Shown here: positions 49,860 to 64,000 of the stretch, one piece after another
Layout of the letters: each line of letters opens with the position of its first letter
Position numbering within the stretch: position 1 is the stretch's first letter
DNA from: Takakia lepidozioides
Taxonomy: Eukaryota > Plantae > Bryophyta
NCBI GenBank assembly: GCA_030704615.1
Contig: CM060731.1
Span: 9,982,001-10,046,000, forward strand
Reading direction: 5' to 3'
Length of the DNA stretch: 64,000 nt
The notes under the pieces: model-generated
The model's input: only the letters and a program-made list of their open reading frames with translations
What the model was told of the DNA's origin: nothing
Databases searched by the model: none
Translations under genes and position numbers: made by a program

Positions 49860-50140
49860 GTAGTGTAACCCCAATGATGTAACCCTCCATTGGTGTAACC
49901 CTATATAACCCCGGTTTCTCATGTAACTTTGGTTAGTCCATTTTATACTTAGCCAAATTTGGACTTGGTCAAATTTCGAGACCAAGTGTGAGTTACACCG
50001 AGTGGAGTTACACTCCATTCTGTGTAACCCTAGGTGGAGTTACACACCTTGTAGTGTATAACCCAATGTAACCCCAAGTGGAGTTACACACCTTGTCGTG
50101 TAACTCCGACTGGAGTTGACACTCCTTCAGTTCCATGTCA
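49860..50140. repeat. GTGTAAC/GTTACAC direct and inverted short repeats, probably a MITE end
   Basis: Multiple GAGTTACAC..GTGTAAC units ending in CAGTTCCATG. Confidence 0.55.
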
Positions 50141-50453
50141 CTCTGGAGAGAGGGTGAGGAAGATTTGACATGCCGGAACCGGCGTACCATCCTGTCAGAG
50201 GTTGCACGTGTGCATTAAGTTCATACATTATTCCTATTATCTTCCCACTTAATTGGCCCCCTCCCAACAAAACCATAAGTTAATGCCCAATTTATCATGC
50301 TCATACAACGATGGGCCCATTTAGATTTTCTTAAAAAGTTTTTCCTTAAAAAAATGGAGAAAAAAGAAGAAAGAAAAAATATACAATGTTTTTCGAGGAA
50401 TTAGTACTGCGACGATCGCTGGAGGGGTTGAGTGCACTGCAGGCGTATTGGCG

Positions 50454-52167
50454 ATGGCGCTCGAGCTCCTGCGATCGGCTTTCAATTCGGTCAGGCAAAA
50501 TGGCTTGGTGGGTGCGCTTCGAGAGGCCCATAAGAATGGTCTTCTGTGAGTTCTCACCCTGTCTGTCTTTGGGTGGTCTAGATTGGCTGTGGCTTGGAGA
50601 GGGGATCGCTTGGATAAACAGTATCATGTGCGCAGTAAGGGATATATGTTAGATTGTAAGGGCTGATACTTCTGTTGACTAGCCCCGCCACCTCGAGTCC
50701 CGATCGCCAATTGTTCCGGGGTTGAAGCGGCACATGTGGATAGGCTGAGTTCAGAGATTGGATGCCATTCGCGATCCTGCACTTAAATGTCCAATTGGGG
50801 ATTTTCAGATTGCATCAGCCCAAATCCTTTGTCATAGTAGGAGATTTTCTGGTCACTTTATTGATGCGATCATAATTGGCGTGACTTGTATTATCAATAG
50901 TTAGGGTTGTAGAGTATCCGTCGGGCACAATATGTTTCAGCTTTAGTTGAAGTGACTGCTAAGAGCAAGCTGTTTTTAGGAAATGGGTTTCTATTAGCAG
51001 TCAGATTCACATCTTTGCCTATAACCAGCTTCTTTTCTCGCTTTATCACTCTCTCGCTTGTTCCCTGTGATCACAAACGATATTTACGCTGAAAATGGAG
51101 TTTTTGGTGATTGCAGGACCAGCATTGTAGATGGAAACCTCCTGTAAGTCTATATTCTTCTGTCTTTTGCTCGGATCATCACTCGTTTGATTGTTCCCTC
51201 CTTGTCTGGGCCAGAACTGTGTAATTAAAGAACTACTCTGGTATGATGTAGATGCCAGTGAGCCAAAAACAGGTAGGGAGTATATGGCGATAGTGCGTCT
51301 GTATGACCTAACCTTATGTGCCGCATTTAATCATGCACTAACTCATCTGGGGGTTATTGTTGGCAAATGGTTGCTGGGATTTCATCCTTGCATAATGCTC
51401 AATTAAGAATTTCAGGGGACTTTTGTAGGTGTTTATCAAAGGTTCAGGCCTGATTAATTGATAGGGTGATGAGCTGCCCTTGTTACAGTCTGATGTTGTG
51501 ATATGGTAAAGCTTTATGAAGTTTGCTTGAGAGTCTGGGCAGGGTTACTGCTTGAAGTGAAACATGGCTAATCAAAGTGAGGTTGGTTTTGCCTGCGGCA
51601 GTGCTACGAAATTACGGGCACAAGGAGCAAAGTTGGTGGGAGTCGACAAGATTGGGAACAAGTATTATGAGAAGACAGATAATACTCAGTTTGGTACATT
51701 TGCTTTCCCCGTAGCATGTTACAGACCAGCATATGATTTTGACAGCTGGTATGGTCTGGCAACATGACTTTTACAGGTCATCTGCTGGCCGAGTACTTGG
51801 ACAGGCAGGTTGTGCTTATAATACAGCCCATGTTTATATGAGAGTCCTTGCTTATCCTGCCCCCCCTGTGACAACCAGTTGGCTTCTTTGGGCAAGTCGA
51901 GGTCTGGGGTCCACTTTGATGGTTGGCTAGATTATCTAATGTTTGTTAGTCAGTCGTGTGTAGCCAGCTAGCGCTGGCCACTTCTAATCATCATTTCTGT
52001 GTGCCTCAGGGGTGCGATGATCATTGAATGCTATCCTGACTCGTGAGTTATTGTTGAGGCAGGAAGGCACAGATGGGTAGAGTATGCTGTGTTCAACAAT
52101 TACAATGCTTCTGCTGTCCCACCTGAGTGGCATGGTTGGCTACACTATATCACAGACCATACACCCG

Positions 52168-52207
<40 letters not shown>

Positions 52208-52991
52208 GTCTGCTCCAAGGTAAGTCATCCTACCGGCATCAGCCCCCGACAAAAGTAGTTACTGTCCCTTTGTGTTCCACTCAAACTGGGCGCGGGGTCA
52301 ATGGCCACAAGGCTACGACAAACGTCATCTTATGAGTACATTCTCTCTCTCTCTTTGGGTCTATGTTTCTGAGGCCATCAAAAAGCTATGATAAACGTCT
52401 CGTGAGTACATTCTCTTTGGGGCTGTGGTGTGTGTATTATATTTGCTTGTTTCTTTGTTTATCCCTCTCAGGTTATTTGTAGGTTATGTTCAGCATGGCA
52501 AACCCTGCTCTTGCTTTCCTCCATCGATTTGAGTCTGTGCCACAGGGTTCTCATTAGTATGCCTTTCTGGTGACCGTATATTTCTTACTTTGATATTCCA
52601 CCCGATGTCCTTAATCTGGCAAGTGCAGAAATGAAGGAAAACACATATAAGCTTCCCCTCCTCCCTTATTAACTGGGATGTTTGAAACAGCATGTGGTTT
52701 TCAGCAGAGGTTGTGTGAGAGGTTTTGCTACTTGATATTAATGTCCAGTGTCCTTTCCGCTCTGCCATAAATTTGGCCTAATTGCATCTACATTTAAGAA
52801 TCATGTTAATGTTCTCGGTGGGGCAGCTTGAAGATTTAAAGCCCAAAAGATATGGTGTGGAGCACAAGGAAAACATGTCAGGTCGTGGAGAAGGAGTGAT
52901 ATACCACTCCAAAGGTCATGCCATGAATCCCCAGAAACGAGACTGGAAGCGCTATGAAGCATGGCAACCAGGGGAACCTGGCTCAAAGTGA
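50454..52991 (+). CDS. NDUFA12: Mitochondrial complex I subunit B17.2 (161 aa; exons 50454-50545, 51117-51143, 51602-51693, 52063-52172, 52827-52991)
   Basis: GT-AG exons join in frame: [47 protein letters not shown]. Confidence 0.95.
52204..52341 (+). mobile_element. LINE 3' fragment in NDUFA12 intron 4
   Basis: Matches 3990-4098; (CT)n on both sides. Confidence 0.88.
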
Positions 52992-54468
52992 ATTCAGTCG
53001 CCCAACACAGGTCGCAGCTGACAACAACCATGGATTGGGACTGATGTTACAGCAAGGCATGGTGATGTGGCAGTACTTTTTTTTTGTAATCTGAGAAGTT
53101 CTCCAGTGCAACTTTCTTGCAAGCTGGTTCTGATTAGAGGGAATGGGAGTGAGTATCGATCTGAAGTTGTGGTTCTCCCAGTGAAAAGATTGTGGTTGTA
53201 CAGCATCACCATAACAATTGTTGGCCTTTCTGACATGTACTGGACCACTTAGGATAAGGACTCATTGGTGCACACCTCCTAGACATAGAGATGACCCTAA
53301 CTGAAGTAATCGTCTTGCTTGAGGCTCAGAGGTTACCATTGCACACCTTGTCTAGTGAGTTTTCCTTTCTCTCCTTTGGCCAGGGACTGTTCACTGGCAG
53401 TATGGAATGACAAGCACACCTGTCCCTTTAGCTGACAGGTATAACAAAACTGTGCTTGCTTGTGACAATTATATCACTTTGCCATCAATGTGGGATGTTA
53501 GACAATGTCAATAAATTGTATCAAGCACTGAGTAACAAGCTTTTTTTTGGGTGTTTAGGCTACCCACACTGGCTGACTTTCCAGGCATCAGCAAATATAC
53601 ACATTTATGAAATGGAGCTCTTCAGTTACTTTCAGCTTTTCTCAAGCTGTGATGAACAAGTGGGACTGGAAGCAATGCATAAAAGGCCTCCCTAGTTCAG
53701 CACAATGTTTAGTCTCATCCCAAATACTCCGTACTCTGTACCTCTACGAGTATGTGCAAGCAGATTCCAGGAGTGATGGTGAGAATTACTTGCTTGTAGG
53801 GTATATTTTTCTGAGCCAGTTGCCCTCTGCAACTGCAACTTTGTTTGCTAAAGCCCCGGCCGCACCAGGCTGCTAGCGTAGCAGGCCTGCTAATGGATTA
53901 GCAGGCCTGCTTTCCTAACTGTCGCTCCAGCTAGAGGCTTAACTAGCTGAAAGCTTGCACATATTTGTAGGGGGGAATGACGGTGTCTCACCTTCCTCCA
54001 ATTCCCTTCTCTCCTCTCCTTTCCTGCATCACCAAACTTGTCCAGTAGGCTAAAGATATGTCCCTCTCCCCTCAGTTGTAATGCTTTGGTCACTATGCAT
54101 TTCCCAGATTCTTTGGCTTTCTGTGGAAATATGTAAGTATCCCTCTCTTCTTTTGCAAGGCAAAACATCTCAGAACAAAGAGGGTAAAACACGAAGTGCG
54201 ATCACATGATAACCCCAAGACTGCAAAGCTTGGAAGAGCCAGAATGCAGAGAAACAAACTGACTGCAATGGAGGAATAAACACCATAAGTACCAGAAATG
54301 GAAGTCCCAAAATAGCATCCCTCATGCGCAAGAATGAATGAAGCACTTTTTGAGTGAACACTGACTGTCTGATCAAAAAGATCGGAAACATGATAGTTCA
54401 GCACTCCTCCTTAGAACTTATTACAAGGACAGGTTCACTGTAGCTAGACTCTACAGAAAAAGGGGTGA

Positions 54469-55443
54469 TCATACAAAACAGTCCCGGTTTTCGCTGTTGG
54501 ACAGTTGGCACAACTGATTGTATGTTGTCATATCTGCACAGAAGAAGAAATGTTCATCAGTTATGGCTTGAGGTACCGAATGACTCAAATCTTGTGTGAA
54601 CTTCCCAACTGCAAGTGTGGATGTCTCCCATATAGGAAGAAAGATCTTGAAGATCAAGTATATGAACTTCGAAGTAGAGACTGCAGTACACATAGCGAAA
54701 GAAAGTAGCCAGAGCAATCGGGAAGATAGTAGCCTTGCGTGATCTAACATCCCTACCACAAAAAATTGACCAACCATACTCTTGAAATTGTTCCTTGTAC
54801 ACTTAGATCCTGCATAAATCCGTAGTTGTCTCTTTAAATCTCTGTCTCACACAAAACAAACTCGCTCAAACAAACGATCTACAATTGATACTTCACGACC
54901 GAAAGATAAGAAGCTCCAAGATTTCGGTTGCCGGGCATCAACCTCAGTATCTTACTCTTCCCCAAAGACGAGTCCAGAAGGAGATTCAGCACAACACTCA
55001 CATGCATTGCGTCATCTTCTCTCCTCTAGGTTTCAAAAGGGAGAATGCAAGCTAGAACAATTGCAGTTTCCTACTATCCGCTGCCCCTCGACGTCCCCCC
55101 CAACCCCAACGTTTCACCCTTTTACCCCAGGACCTCATCTATCTCTCCCTTCTCTCCTCTATTCCAATTTGAAAAGCTCACCAAAATTGTCACCATAGCT
55201 GGTGCAGGTCTCAGCTCGCAGGGCCTGGTCACCTTCAACAACACCAACAACTTCAACGTACTGAGAGAGGGAGCCGCTGTTTGCAGCCTGCCGAACTGTT
55301 ATATTGGGCCCGTCGGGTGCCTGACCTACAAGATTTCCACCCTCTGACCCTACCACTTTCACCACAGTGGTCACTCTTCTTCCAACATAGTTTTTCAGTA
55401 GCCCCGCATTCACGATAGGCCGAGGATTTGTCGTGTCCGTCAT
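54469..55443 (-). CDS. RPA3: Replication protein A 14-kDa subunit (108 aa; exons 55443-55182, 54533-54469)
   Basis: DTTNPRPIVN..LKNYVGRRV..YVEVVGVV..GDNF|DMTTYNQLCQLSN; GT-AG intron in phase. Confidence 0.93.
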
Positions 55444-57085
55444 TGTACAGACTCAATGAGTGAGAGAGAGCGCGCGCGCCTGTGTACGTGGGTGAGAACT
55501 CTTATCAGCTCTGTCAATCAGAAAAGCATGCCAGATGAAAGCGTGCACAGTTCACCTGAGTCGTAACGATCGCAACCCACAACTGTCGAGGAGCAATCGA
55601 CCCTCCGACAGGAAACAAATTTCTCAAAACCCTTCCAATATCTCCTCGTGCCTACCTCCGTGCAAGAAACATGAAAGATCGTTTTGTGAACCACAAACAC
55701 CCAAACACCCAAAGACACAAGACTGCAACCGATGAGCTGTCCTCTGATGAACAATTGCCTGCGCTAATCCTCACATTCACCTCCAAGACCTACGCATCCG
55801 CAGATCCACACACGAAAGCAGCAAGGAGCGCGGGAAAAGGGAAGCCATCAGCATCTTGGGAGCCTTCATTGATAATCTGGGGTTCAAATCTCGGATCACA
55901 TTACATCACAAAACAGGGAATTGTGGACTGAGCCCAAATTTTCCCACAAAACTTAGGAGGCAACGGCTGTAAACACACCCACTTGTCCAATTTATTTCTT
56001 CCTACTTTGTTACTTAGCTAAGTATCACGCATTCCACATTCTAGCTAACCACAGGATGCATACTGCATATATGGAGTGCTTGTTACCCATGTTGAGGATG
56101 CTTGAGGCGATGCTTACATGGAAAACTAAACTATGAAGTACCTACCAAGGACAATGACATGTGGTTCGATGCTTCCATAGATTGTGAGACTTGAGAAAGG
56201 GCCTGGGGAGATCATTGTGTACTGTTCAGATTTTGTGCATAACCCATGGACCAAGCTCAGTTGCATACAAATTTGTGAAAGATTGTGTATAACTACATGC
56301 AGTCCCTTGAATCCGAAAATAAGTCATCCAATGGCAGATGAATTGGAGCATTCCCAGGTGTTGCTGGGTTGTCCTGTTTTACTTCCATCATATCAGAAAT
56401 TGAGACCTACCCGCGGTGTTCAAACACCAGTGCTTATCTTGCTAACACAGAAGGTGCTCTTTGCAATCAGACTAGCTAGACAGCTGGTAGCCACAAATGG
56501 ACTAATTTGCTTGAAAATCTAGCTTGACAACTACAAGATAGACCTGGTGTCTTAGAAACTTGAGTGAGCAGTGATACAGCAAGTGTACAATCTGCATCTT
56601 TGCAGACAAATGTAGAGTAAGAAAAGAAGCTCACAATCCATTGGGCTTCTTACACAACATCAGCATGTTTAGAAGAGCAAGAGCAGCCTTGTAGCAATCA
56701 CATAGAGAATTAGACTGGAAGGAGCTGGTGTGAATTTGTATTTGACTATGGACAAAATAACAGGCCCTTCTGATAGAAAAGAGCAAAGCAAATTAAATAT
56801 AGTACAATAAAAGCACTTTCAGAAGTTGTATGATTGCCCAGTCCTTTGGCTTGGCAGTCAAACCGCAGTGGTTCAAGGAAAGCAAATGACAAGTTGAGAC
56901 TTGAGCCCAAACCAGTATGTATTCGTGAGTTTGCCTCAGGCTGCAGTTCCTCTCTGAAGTCAGTAACAGCGACAGTTGTTGAAACCAGGGGACAGGCTCA
57001 CTTAAGGAAGGCTGTCATATATGACATTCACCGTGTGGAACGAAAGTTGAATCCGTAGAGCTTCAAGATGAGAGCTTGAAGAGTC

Positions 57086-60000
57086 TTATACTTGGTCTGC
57101 CGAAGGACTGCCTGGAAGTCTCTGGTACCCATTGGGTTGCACACCATCAATGCTTGCACTTCTGGCCCCTCCAGGTAACAGACATTTAGGAGTGGGAATG
57201 CATTTGACGACTGTGGCTACAAACAAACTGACGGATCCAATGAGCACTGTGATCAACCATTGCTCCTTGCTTAGTGGGACAGTATTTGCAAACTTCCCAA
57301 GGTACTCCACCATTACAACCTGGAATATAACAGTAAAGCTGATAACAAGAAGAAATATCCAATTGTTAAAGGTGTGGCAAAACACATTGACTTTCTCCAT
57401 CTCTCGTGCGTTCACCTCATTGAAAATCTGCCAGTCAAAACAAATTTACGTTAGTATCGTGACTGGACAGATCCACCTCCTCCTCAAATCAATCCTGAAC
57501 AGCTGACAGTTAAGGGCTTCAAGTGAAGCTTCTGTGGCTTTCTTCTTGCTACTTAGTGTGGGCAATTATGAACATGTTAGGGCACATACAGCAGCTAAGT
57601 CAACACAACCAGGCCTCACCCAAACACCTTAAAAAAAATCACAGTGCCAGACCAGCCTGAGTTTCTCACCTGGCAGAATACAAAGGCATTGAAGATCATG
57701 GTATCCAATACTTGATCTGCATTTGAACCCCTCAGATGCAGGATGTCCTTTCCTAGGTATTGCAAGACTGTGAGGACTGCCAACTGATAAACAACTTGAC
57801 TAATGATATTCCGCCACATAACATTGCTGATGAAGCTGACAGAGCGCTTGATAGGTGGTCTCTCCATCAACTCATCATAGGGTGGCTCGGTGGCAAGCGC
57901 CAGTGCACCAAGGGTATCCATTATCAGATTAACCCAAAGCAGCTGTACTGCAGTGAGAGGTGCAGTCCCTGTGTGACAAAGCAAAAGAAAGGCTCAGCCA
58001 TGGTCCGACTGAGCTCAGTGTGTGAGCAGAGGTACCTTTGGGACCCCACTAATGCCAAACCATCGACATGGATTTAAAAACTTCAGACAGACAATACAGG
58101 GAAACGATGACTACTAACAACCAATGATACCTACTGTATTGAGGAACATAGAAACGGCTTTCACACATTTCAGAGTGTCATGAGATAACTCTGAAGAAAC
58201 TGTGTGCAACAGCTCCATTCACATACTCCTATCATGCTAGGAGAGAAAATGCATTAAAGTGATGTTAAAGGAAATGGCTAGGAAAGTACAGAAGCAAACA
58301 AGACTTTTATGAATTGGGAAGTGACGTATCAACATCAACAGGGGGGCAAGTGGACCAGGAATGAAGCACCACCAACAATCTGAACAAGATCTACCTCAAG
58401 AAAAACCTTAGTAAATCATGCAAACATTAAACAATAAATAACCTGTGATGCAAGCAGAACCAAAATTGATGAGAAGGGCCACGAGGTTGACTGTGAGCTG
58501 GAACTGCACAAATTTTTGGATGTTAGTGTACACTGAGCGGCCCCACTTGGCGACGACCACAATGGTGGCAAAGTTATCATCCATTATCACCACATCTGCA
58601 CTCTCCTTTGCCACCTGGTGCCATCAGGGTGACAAAAATGTTAACACAGCAGTTCTGTGGAACAATACAAGCAAAAATCCAGTGGAACAAATTTGAAACA
58701 ACAATTGCTTGAAACCAGTTCGCAATGGTGGTGGTCTTCGCCTTTGGATGCAGGTAGATATTTATCTAAGGAACAAAGGAAAAAGGCCCAAGCTGACCAG
58801 CGACCTCAGTTCCACAGATGCCCATGGCCAGCCCAATGTCAGCTTCGCGTAGTGCAGGTGCATCGTTTGTCCCATCCCCAGTAACAGCAACCACCTCTCC
58901 CATACTCCGCAGCTCCCTCACTAGTGTGTGCTTGTCTGATGGTGATGACCTTGCCATAACCTGCCACAACAACAAAAGGAATACCTCACCTTGTTGCGAA
59001 CACACCAGGGTATCGAGAGAAGTGGCTCCAGTAAAGTCCAGTAGCATATGTCAGTATCACTGCTGCAACACTATTCAACTGACCAACATATGATAGGCAG
59101 ATGTACAGTCTCATCCTACACCTAACTCCAACTGTTTGACAACCATCTCATTGAGTTGTACTGCTGACAAAAATCCAACACTCACTGTTGAAGTTCTGGA
59201 TGACAAGAAGGGTCTTCAGTCCTCTTTTTGTTTCTTAGGCTTGTGGCATCAATTGAGTCTCTACAGGATTGTCACCCTCTAGACTTGCAGACAATACGAG
59301 CACCTACCATACACAGAACGAAAGACCAATACACTACCACAGTAAAGGGCTTGAGTTTTCCTTCACTTGATGGTACCTGCAAATTGGGAATCATTGTCCG
59401 CATTTCCTCAGGGCTCAAGTTGCGAAAATCGGGGCCCTCCATCGCAAGTCCATCATCGGTAAGAATACCACACTCACGTGCAATGGCCTTTGCTGTGTTT
59501 ATGTTGTCACCAGTCACCATGCGCACCTTGATTCCTGCTGCAAAGCACATCCGCACGGCCTCCTTGACACCCTTGCGCACTGGATCTTTTATGCCAACAA
59601 TTGCTGCCAACACAAAGCCCTTTTCTGGGATGGGATCATTGGGGCCTGGCATATGTTCCATCTCCTTGAAAGCTAAACAAAGTGTCCTCAACTGTGCATT
59701 AGCAAATGCTTTTATGACCTCCTTGAGCTCCTTCATTTTATGGTCATCCAGTATGATGATATTGCCATCAGCATCAACAGTCTTATCACACAATTCCAGG
59801 ACTAGCTCCGAAGCCCCCTTCCAATGAGCACTCAGTTTGCCCGTACGGTGATGCATCACAACAACCCCCATCCTTTTCCTTACAGAGTTGAAGGGTTCCA
59901 TTTTCACCATTTCAGCCGTAGAACGCACATGCTTGAACTTTCCACTCAAAGCTACTCCAAACCCTAAGACCGCAACCTCTGTTGGTGTACCAAGGAGTGA

Positions 60001-63000
60001 TGGAAGTGTGCCATCCCCATTGTCACACACGTCTCCACTGGTATTAAAAAAAATTCCCTCCAAAAGAATCTGCAAGAATTCTTCTGGAAGCTCCACCTTT
60101 TTATTGTGGACATCACAGACTGATCCAGCCATCCATGACTTGACTACTGTCATCTTATTGGAGGTCAAGGTCCCCGTCTTGTCACTACAAATTGTGGTAG
60201 CAGAACCCATTGTCTCACAGGCCGAAAGGTGGCGTACCAGGGCTTTATCAAACATCATTTTCTTCATTGCAAAGGCAAGATTTAGAGTAACTGCCAGAGG
60301 GAGGCCTTCGGGTACAGCGACAACAATGATTGTCACTGCTATTGCAAAGTAATTTACAATTGTTAAAGCATCATCACCTGACCACTCCTTCTGTGGGTCT
60401 TTCTCTAACAAAAACCTTCCCAACAGCACCAAGAATGTGACAACTGCAAAGCCTACACCGAGTTTGCCAATCAAGGTTGCTACCCCACTCAGCTTCACCT
60501 GCAAAGGAGTTTCATCATCAGCAGGTTCTCCGAGTGTAGTCATCAGATGGCCCCATTCTGTGCTCATGCCAACGCCCGTCACAAGCATTAAAGCATTGCC
60601 ATCTTGCACCTTCGTTCCTGATAGAAGAAAGGGGCAGTCTTGATCTTTGTGCAGTGGATCACTTTCTCCTGTCATGGAGGATTCATCAATAGTCAAACCA
60701 AAACCACTTATGTAAAGGCCATCAGCGGGAACTTGGTCACCAGTGTTTAAATGTACAATGTCCCCCACCAACAAGTCAAAGATGGAGATTTTCTGTCTGT
60801 GATTCTTACGCGCGACTTCTACAAAGATTTTCTTCTTTTCTTTGTCCAGGTCATGGAACTGAAGGGATTGCTGGTAGTCACTGGAAGCTGTCACAAAGAC
60901 AACAAGGAGGATACTGAAGGCAATTCCTGCACCATCATACCACCCTTTCTGCAATCCCTCAGTGGCTATGCCAATTCCTAATGACACAACTGCACACACT
61001 GCAAGGATGATGAGCGTGAGGTCGTGCATTGCCTCCCAGACAAAGGTCCAAAATCCTTTAGGTGGCTTTTCTATGTATGTGTTAGTTCCGAATATCTCCC
61101 GTCTCTTTTGCTCATCTTCTTCCTGATCACCCAGTCCCTGCTTGACATTTGTTTTCAGCTCTTGAACTAAGCCCATGACTCCACCATGCTGACGAAGTAA
61201 GTTGTAATCATGACTCTCCACCATATGTGCGAGCTGTATGGCATCAACCTCAAAGCCATAGACTTTTGCCCTCTCTTGCAGTATATCCTTCCATTTTTTT
61301 CTTGACTGCAGAACTGCTTTCACAAACCAAGGGTAATTAGAAATGCACAGCTTCTCTTCATGTGCCAAAACAAAGTATGACAAATAATCGAATTGGCTAG
61401 TCCAATGTAGAGTTTCAGTCACCAATACCTCAGTGCAGTGTGAAGAAAATGATTGGAAGCAGGGCACAGACCCCTGGAAACCACGGGAACAGCTTGAACC
61501 TGCTGGTATTTATTATGAATACGCATAGAGCTTGCAGTATATATTAGGGAGACTTCTCTTTAAATGAGGAATTCAAACTACTACAAGCTGGGCAGCTACT
61601 TCACTGAAAGCCCCCCCAACTGTGTCATTTGAAATGGCAGAATTGCTAACACAATGCAACCAGAATCTTGGGCTCACCTTCAACAAACCGCCAGGCGGCC
61701 CTTACTGCAAGACCGCCTACCTTGAATCTCCGCTTCTGTAGTCACCAAGTGCATCAGCAGATAAACTCGAAAAACGTCGCAGGAGCTCTTTACATGTTGT
61801 AATCCCATTTTTCGATGAACCTAAAGCACGTTTAACAGTGACTGGTTCACTGATCTCTCTGATTATCTGTTCTCTTGTCCTATAAACTCTTTGGGCTTTC
61901 CGTGGACTTCACAAAGTTTCTCTCCCTCTCTCTCTCTCTCTTTGAAGAGAGACACTCTCTTCAAATCTATCAAGGGAATTGTTCCTGTACCTCTGTTTAC
62001 CAACTCTGAAAGTCTCGAGGCTGAGCCAAAAGCCCAGGCCCTTGTGGGGCCTAGTTATTGGGCAAACCACACACAGCAGGTTGATGCTTGTGTAAAGGGA
62101 TTTCCAGAGGATATCTGGAAAACCTGGATGAACTCTCTATTCCAAGGTAAGTCTTACTACCGGCGTCAGTCCCTGACAAAGGTAGGTTCTGTCCCTTTGT
62201 GTTCCGCTCAAACTGGCCGCGGGGTCAATGGCCACAAGGCTATGGCAAACAACGTCTTATGAGTACATTCTCTCTGTCTCTGTCTCTCTCATTATCTTGA
62301 TGGTGGCTAAGCTCCACTCAAGAAGTGCCTAATCCCGTTGGAATTTCATGGTCAGAAAAGAGGCAGCCCTATAAAGTTGGAAGATCTGGCTGCTCTTCTC
62401 ATTTGGAAGAGCAGGCAGGAGCTGAAGTACTATGGCATCAACTAAGGGACTCACTTTGAATTTCTGCTCCGTATGGCAACACAAGGCTGAGTGCTGCTGT
62501 AACAGCATAAGCAATGCGTTGCTTTGCTGAGGTACTGTTGCAAGAGATAACAATGCCATGAAGTTGAAAGTCGTGGCTACTTTTCTCCTTGGAGGAGCAG
62601 TCACCTCAGTTGGCTTCGAGCAAGTTGCTCACTTAGACTCTTTTCTTTGAAGTGCTGCTCAGTATGGCAACACAGGGCTGATTGCTGCTGTAACAGCATA
62701 TGCAAGGCTTTGCTTCTGATGTACTGTTGCAAGAGTAACTACCACCGTCCCACCCACTGGTATGCTGTCTTGTCTTTCTATCTTGTAATTCATGAATGTC
62801 TCCTAGCTAAAGTGAACATGGATAACAACTGTCAAGTCGTTTTCGCCTGGAATTCTATGCAAATCACTGATCTATTGGTTGGTGGGTGCATAATGGGGCC
62901 AGGTGAGGCGGGTTCACTTGCGTTAGAGGTTAGACATGCTCAGATTGTGACAAGGAAAGAAAGGGCATAAGGGAAGCCTTCTTGCTGCCTCGTACTTGGT

Positions 63001-63828
63001 GCGGAATGGTGTTGAGAGTAAACACATGTTTGTGCTAGTCTCAAATTTTTGATGGACTGTAGGAAGTTCTTGGGATCTGATCACCAGTGGCAGCCTTGCC
63101 ATCTGTTGATCCTTTTGACAAAGAATACCCATACTACAACTCTGGAGCATTTTGAATTTGCAGAACTGGTTCTTTCCCCTAACTGCTGCTGAGCTATGGC
63201 TTTTCTCATAGCTGCAGTTTTGACTTCTAAATAGCCTCTACTAGAAATATTCTAGTATGAATCTATGGGGGGTTCTACTCTACTTGTGGAAACTAAAGAA
63301 GTATCTTATGGTCAAAGCCTTGCTTGCATATGATGACACATTATGTAAGCAGTTGCAAGATGTGTAAGCATACATGCTCACAAATTTGACTTTTGCAGGA
63401 CTGGCGAGGTTTCTATGTAAATGCTGGCTTCTATATTGAAGGAGCTGGACCATGTCCAGATGTATGATGTTGTCAAACAAAACAGGACTGGATCCAAATG
63501 ATCTAGGACTGGACAGGTGACTAATTGAAACTCTCTCCACCCAATAAGTGCCTGGCCAAACCCTCCAAAAATATCGCGCTCTGGCCTGAGGAAACATGTA
63601 GTGTACCTGTAGCTCTTGCGATGCCCTCCGTCTCTTGTTGAGGTCGGCGGTGTACCGAAAGCGACGGGTAGCATTCAGCACAAGGCTTGCTTTGCGCCAT
63701 GCTTCTAGCGTCTCCACCGACGGTCTCTTGTTGGGAATCTCGAAGTCCTTCATGGAATCGTGCTCTTCCAAGGAGAGTAAACTGCCCATAGTGTGTTTGA
63801 ATGAGCGTGACGACTGTTCACTCTGCAT
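57086..63828 (-). CDS. ACA: Autoinhibited P2B-type Ca2+-ATPase (~1061 aa; exons 63828-63607, 61735-61678, 61313-59377, 58960-58805, 58614-58443, 57968-57670, 57427-57086)
   Basis: N-terminal NATRRFRYT autoinhibitory motif, [50 protein letters not shown]. The start codon and exon-3 acceptor are best guesses. Confidence 0.95.
61941..62268 (+). mobile_element. LINE 3' fragment in ACA intron 1
   Basis: Matches 3795-4098; (CT)n-like tracts on both sides. Confidence 0.9.
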
Positions 63829-64000
63829 TGTTACCCCACTCTCTACTGGCAGCAATGTCCCCTTGTCAAGAGCCAGTCACAAACAGCGATCCACGATCAT
63901 GAACAACACATCTTTAACTTCCGAATGCAACCGAAGTGATCATGCGGATTGTAGCACCTAGGATATTGAGAAGCTCGAAATCTCCAGTAATATGCACACA

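Noticed and set aside
59228-60981. Plus-strand ORFs
   Set aside because: Antisense shadows of the large ACA exon.
62465-62740. ~90-bp duplicated block in ACA intron 1 (similar small duplication at 26690-26780)
   Set aside because: Ordinary local duplication with no evidence of function.

Overview
Eukaryotic nuclear DNA from a non-seed land plant (moss-like, judged from the spliced ACA/NDUFA12/RPA3 genes, PLS-DYW PPR genes and repeat families). The first ~39 kb is nested transposon debris. It contains the 3' end of a chromovirus interrupted by a CCCGG-ended TIR element that carries a LINE, and an 11.2-kb Ty3/gypsy-type element with a dUTPase domain, unusual termini, an internal inversion and captured PABN exons. 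It also holds SINEs, Helitron-like repeats, a palindromic repeat array, a piggyBac-like element inside a foldback element, and two tandem 50/51-aa membrane microprotein ORFs. The 39.7-48.7 kb region is a co-oriented mosaic of gene fragments (CDC20, a SEC-C protein, PPR-DYW, ABCG); its PPR-DYW pseudogene is fused in frame to OSB-type 'PDF' ssDNA-binding motifs. The last 14 kb holds three apparently intact genes (NDUFA12, RPA3 and a P2B Ca2+-ATPase). The most interesting signals are the PDF-PPR-DYW fusion, the dUTPase/split-terminus gypsy element, a loop-E three-way-junction 3' RNA module shared by several retroposons, the microprotein pair, and a LINE that appears to target (CT)n. All homology calls are by motif recognition; no searches were run.
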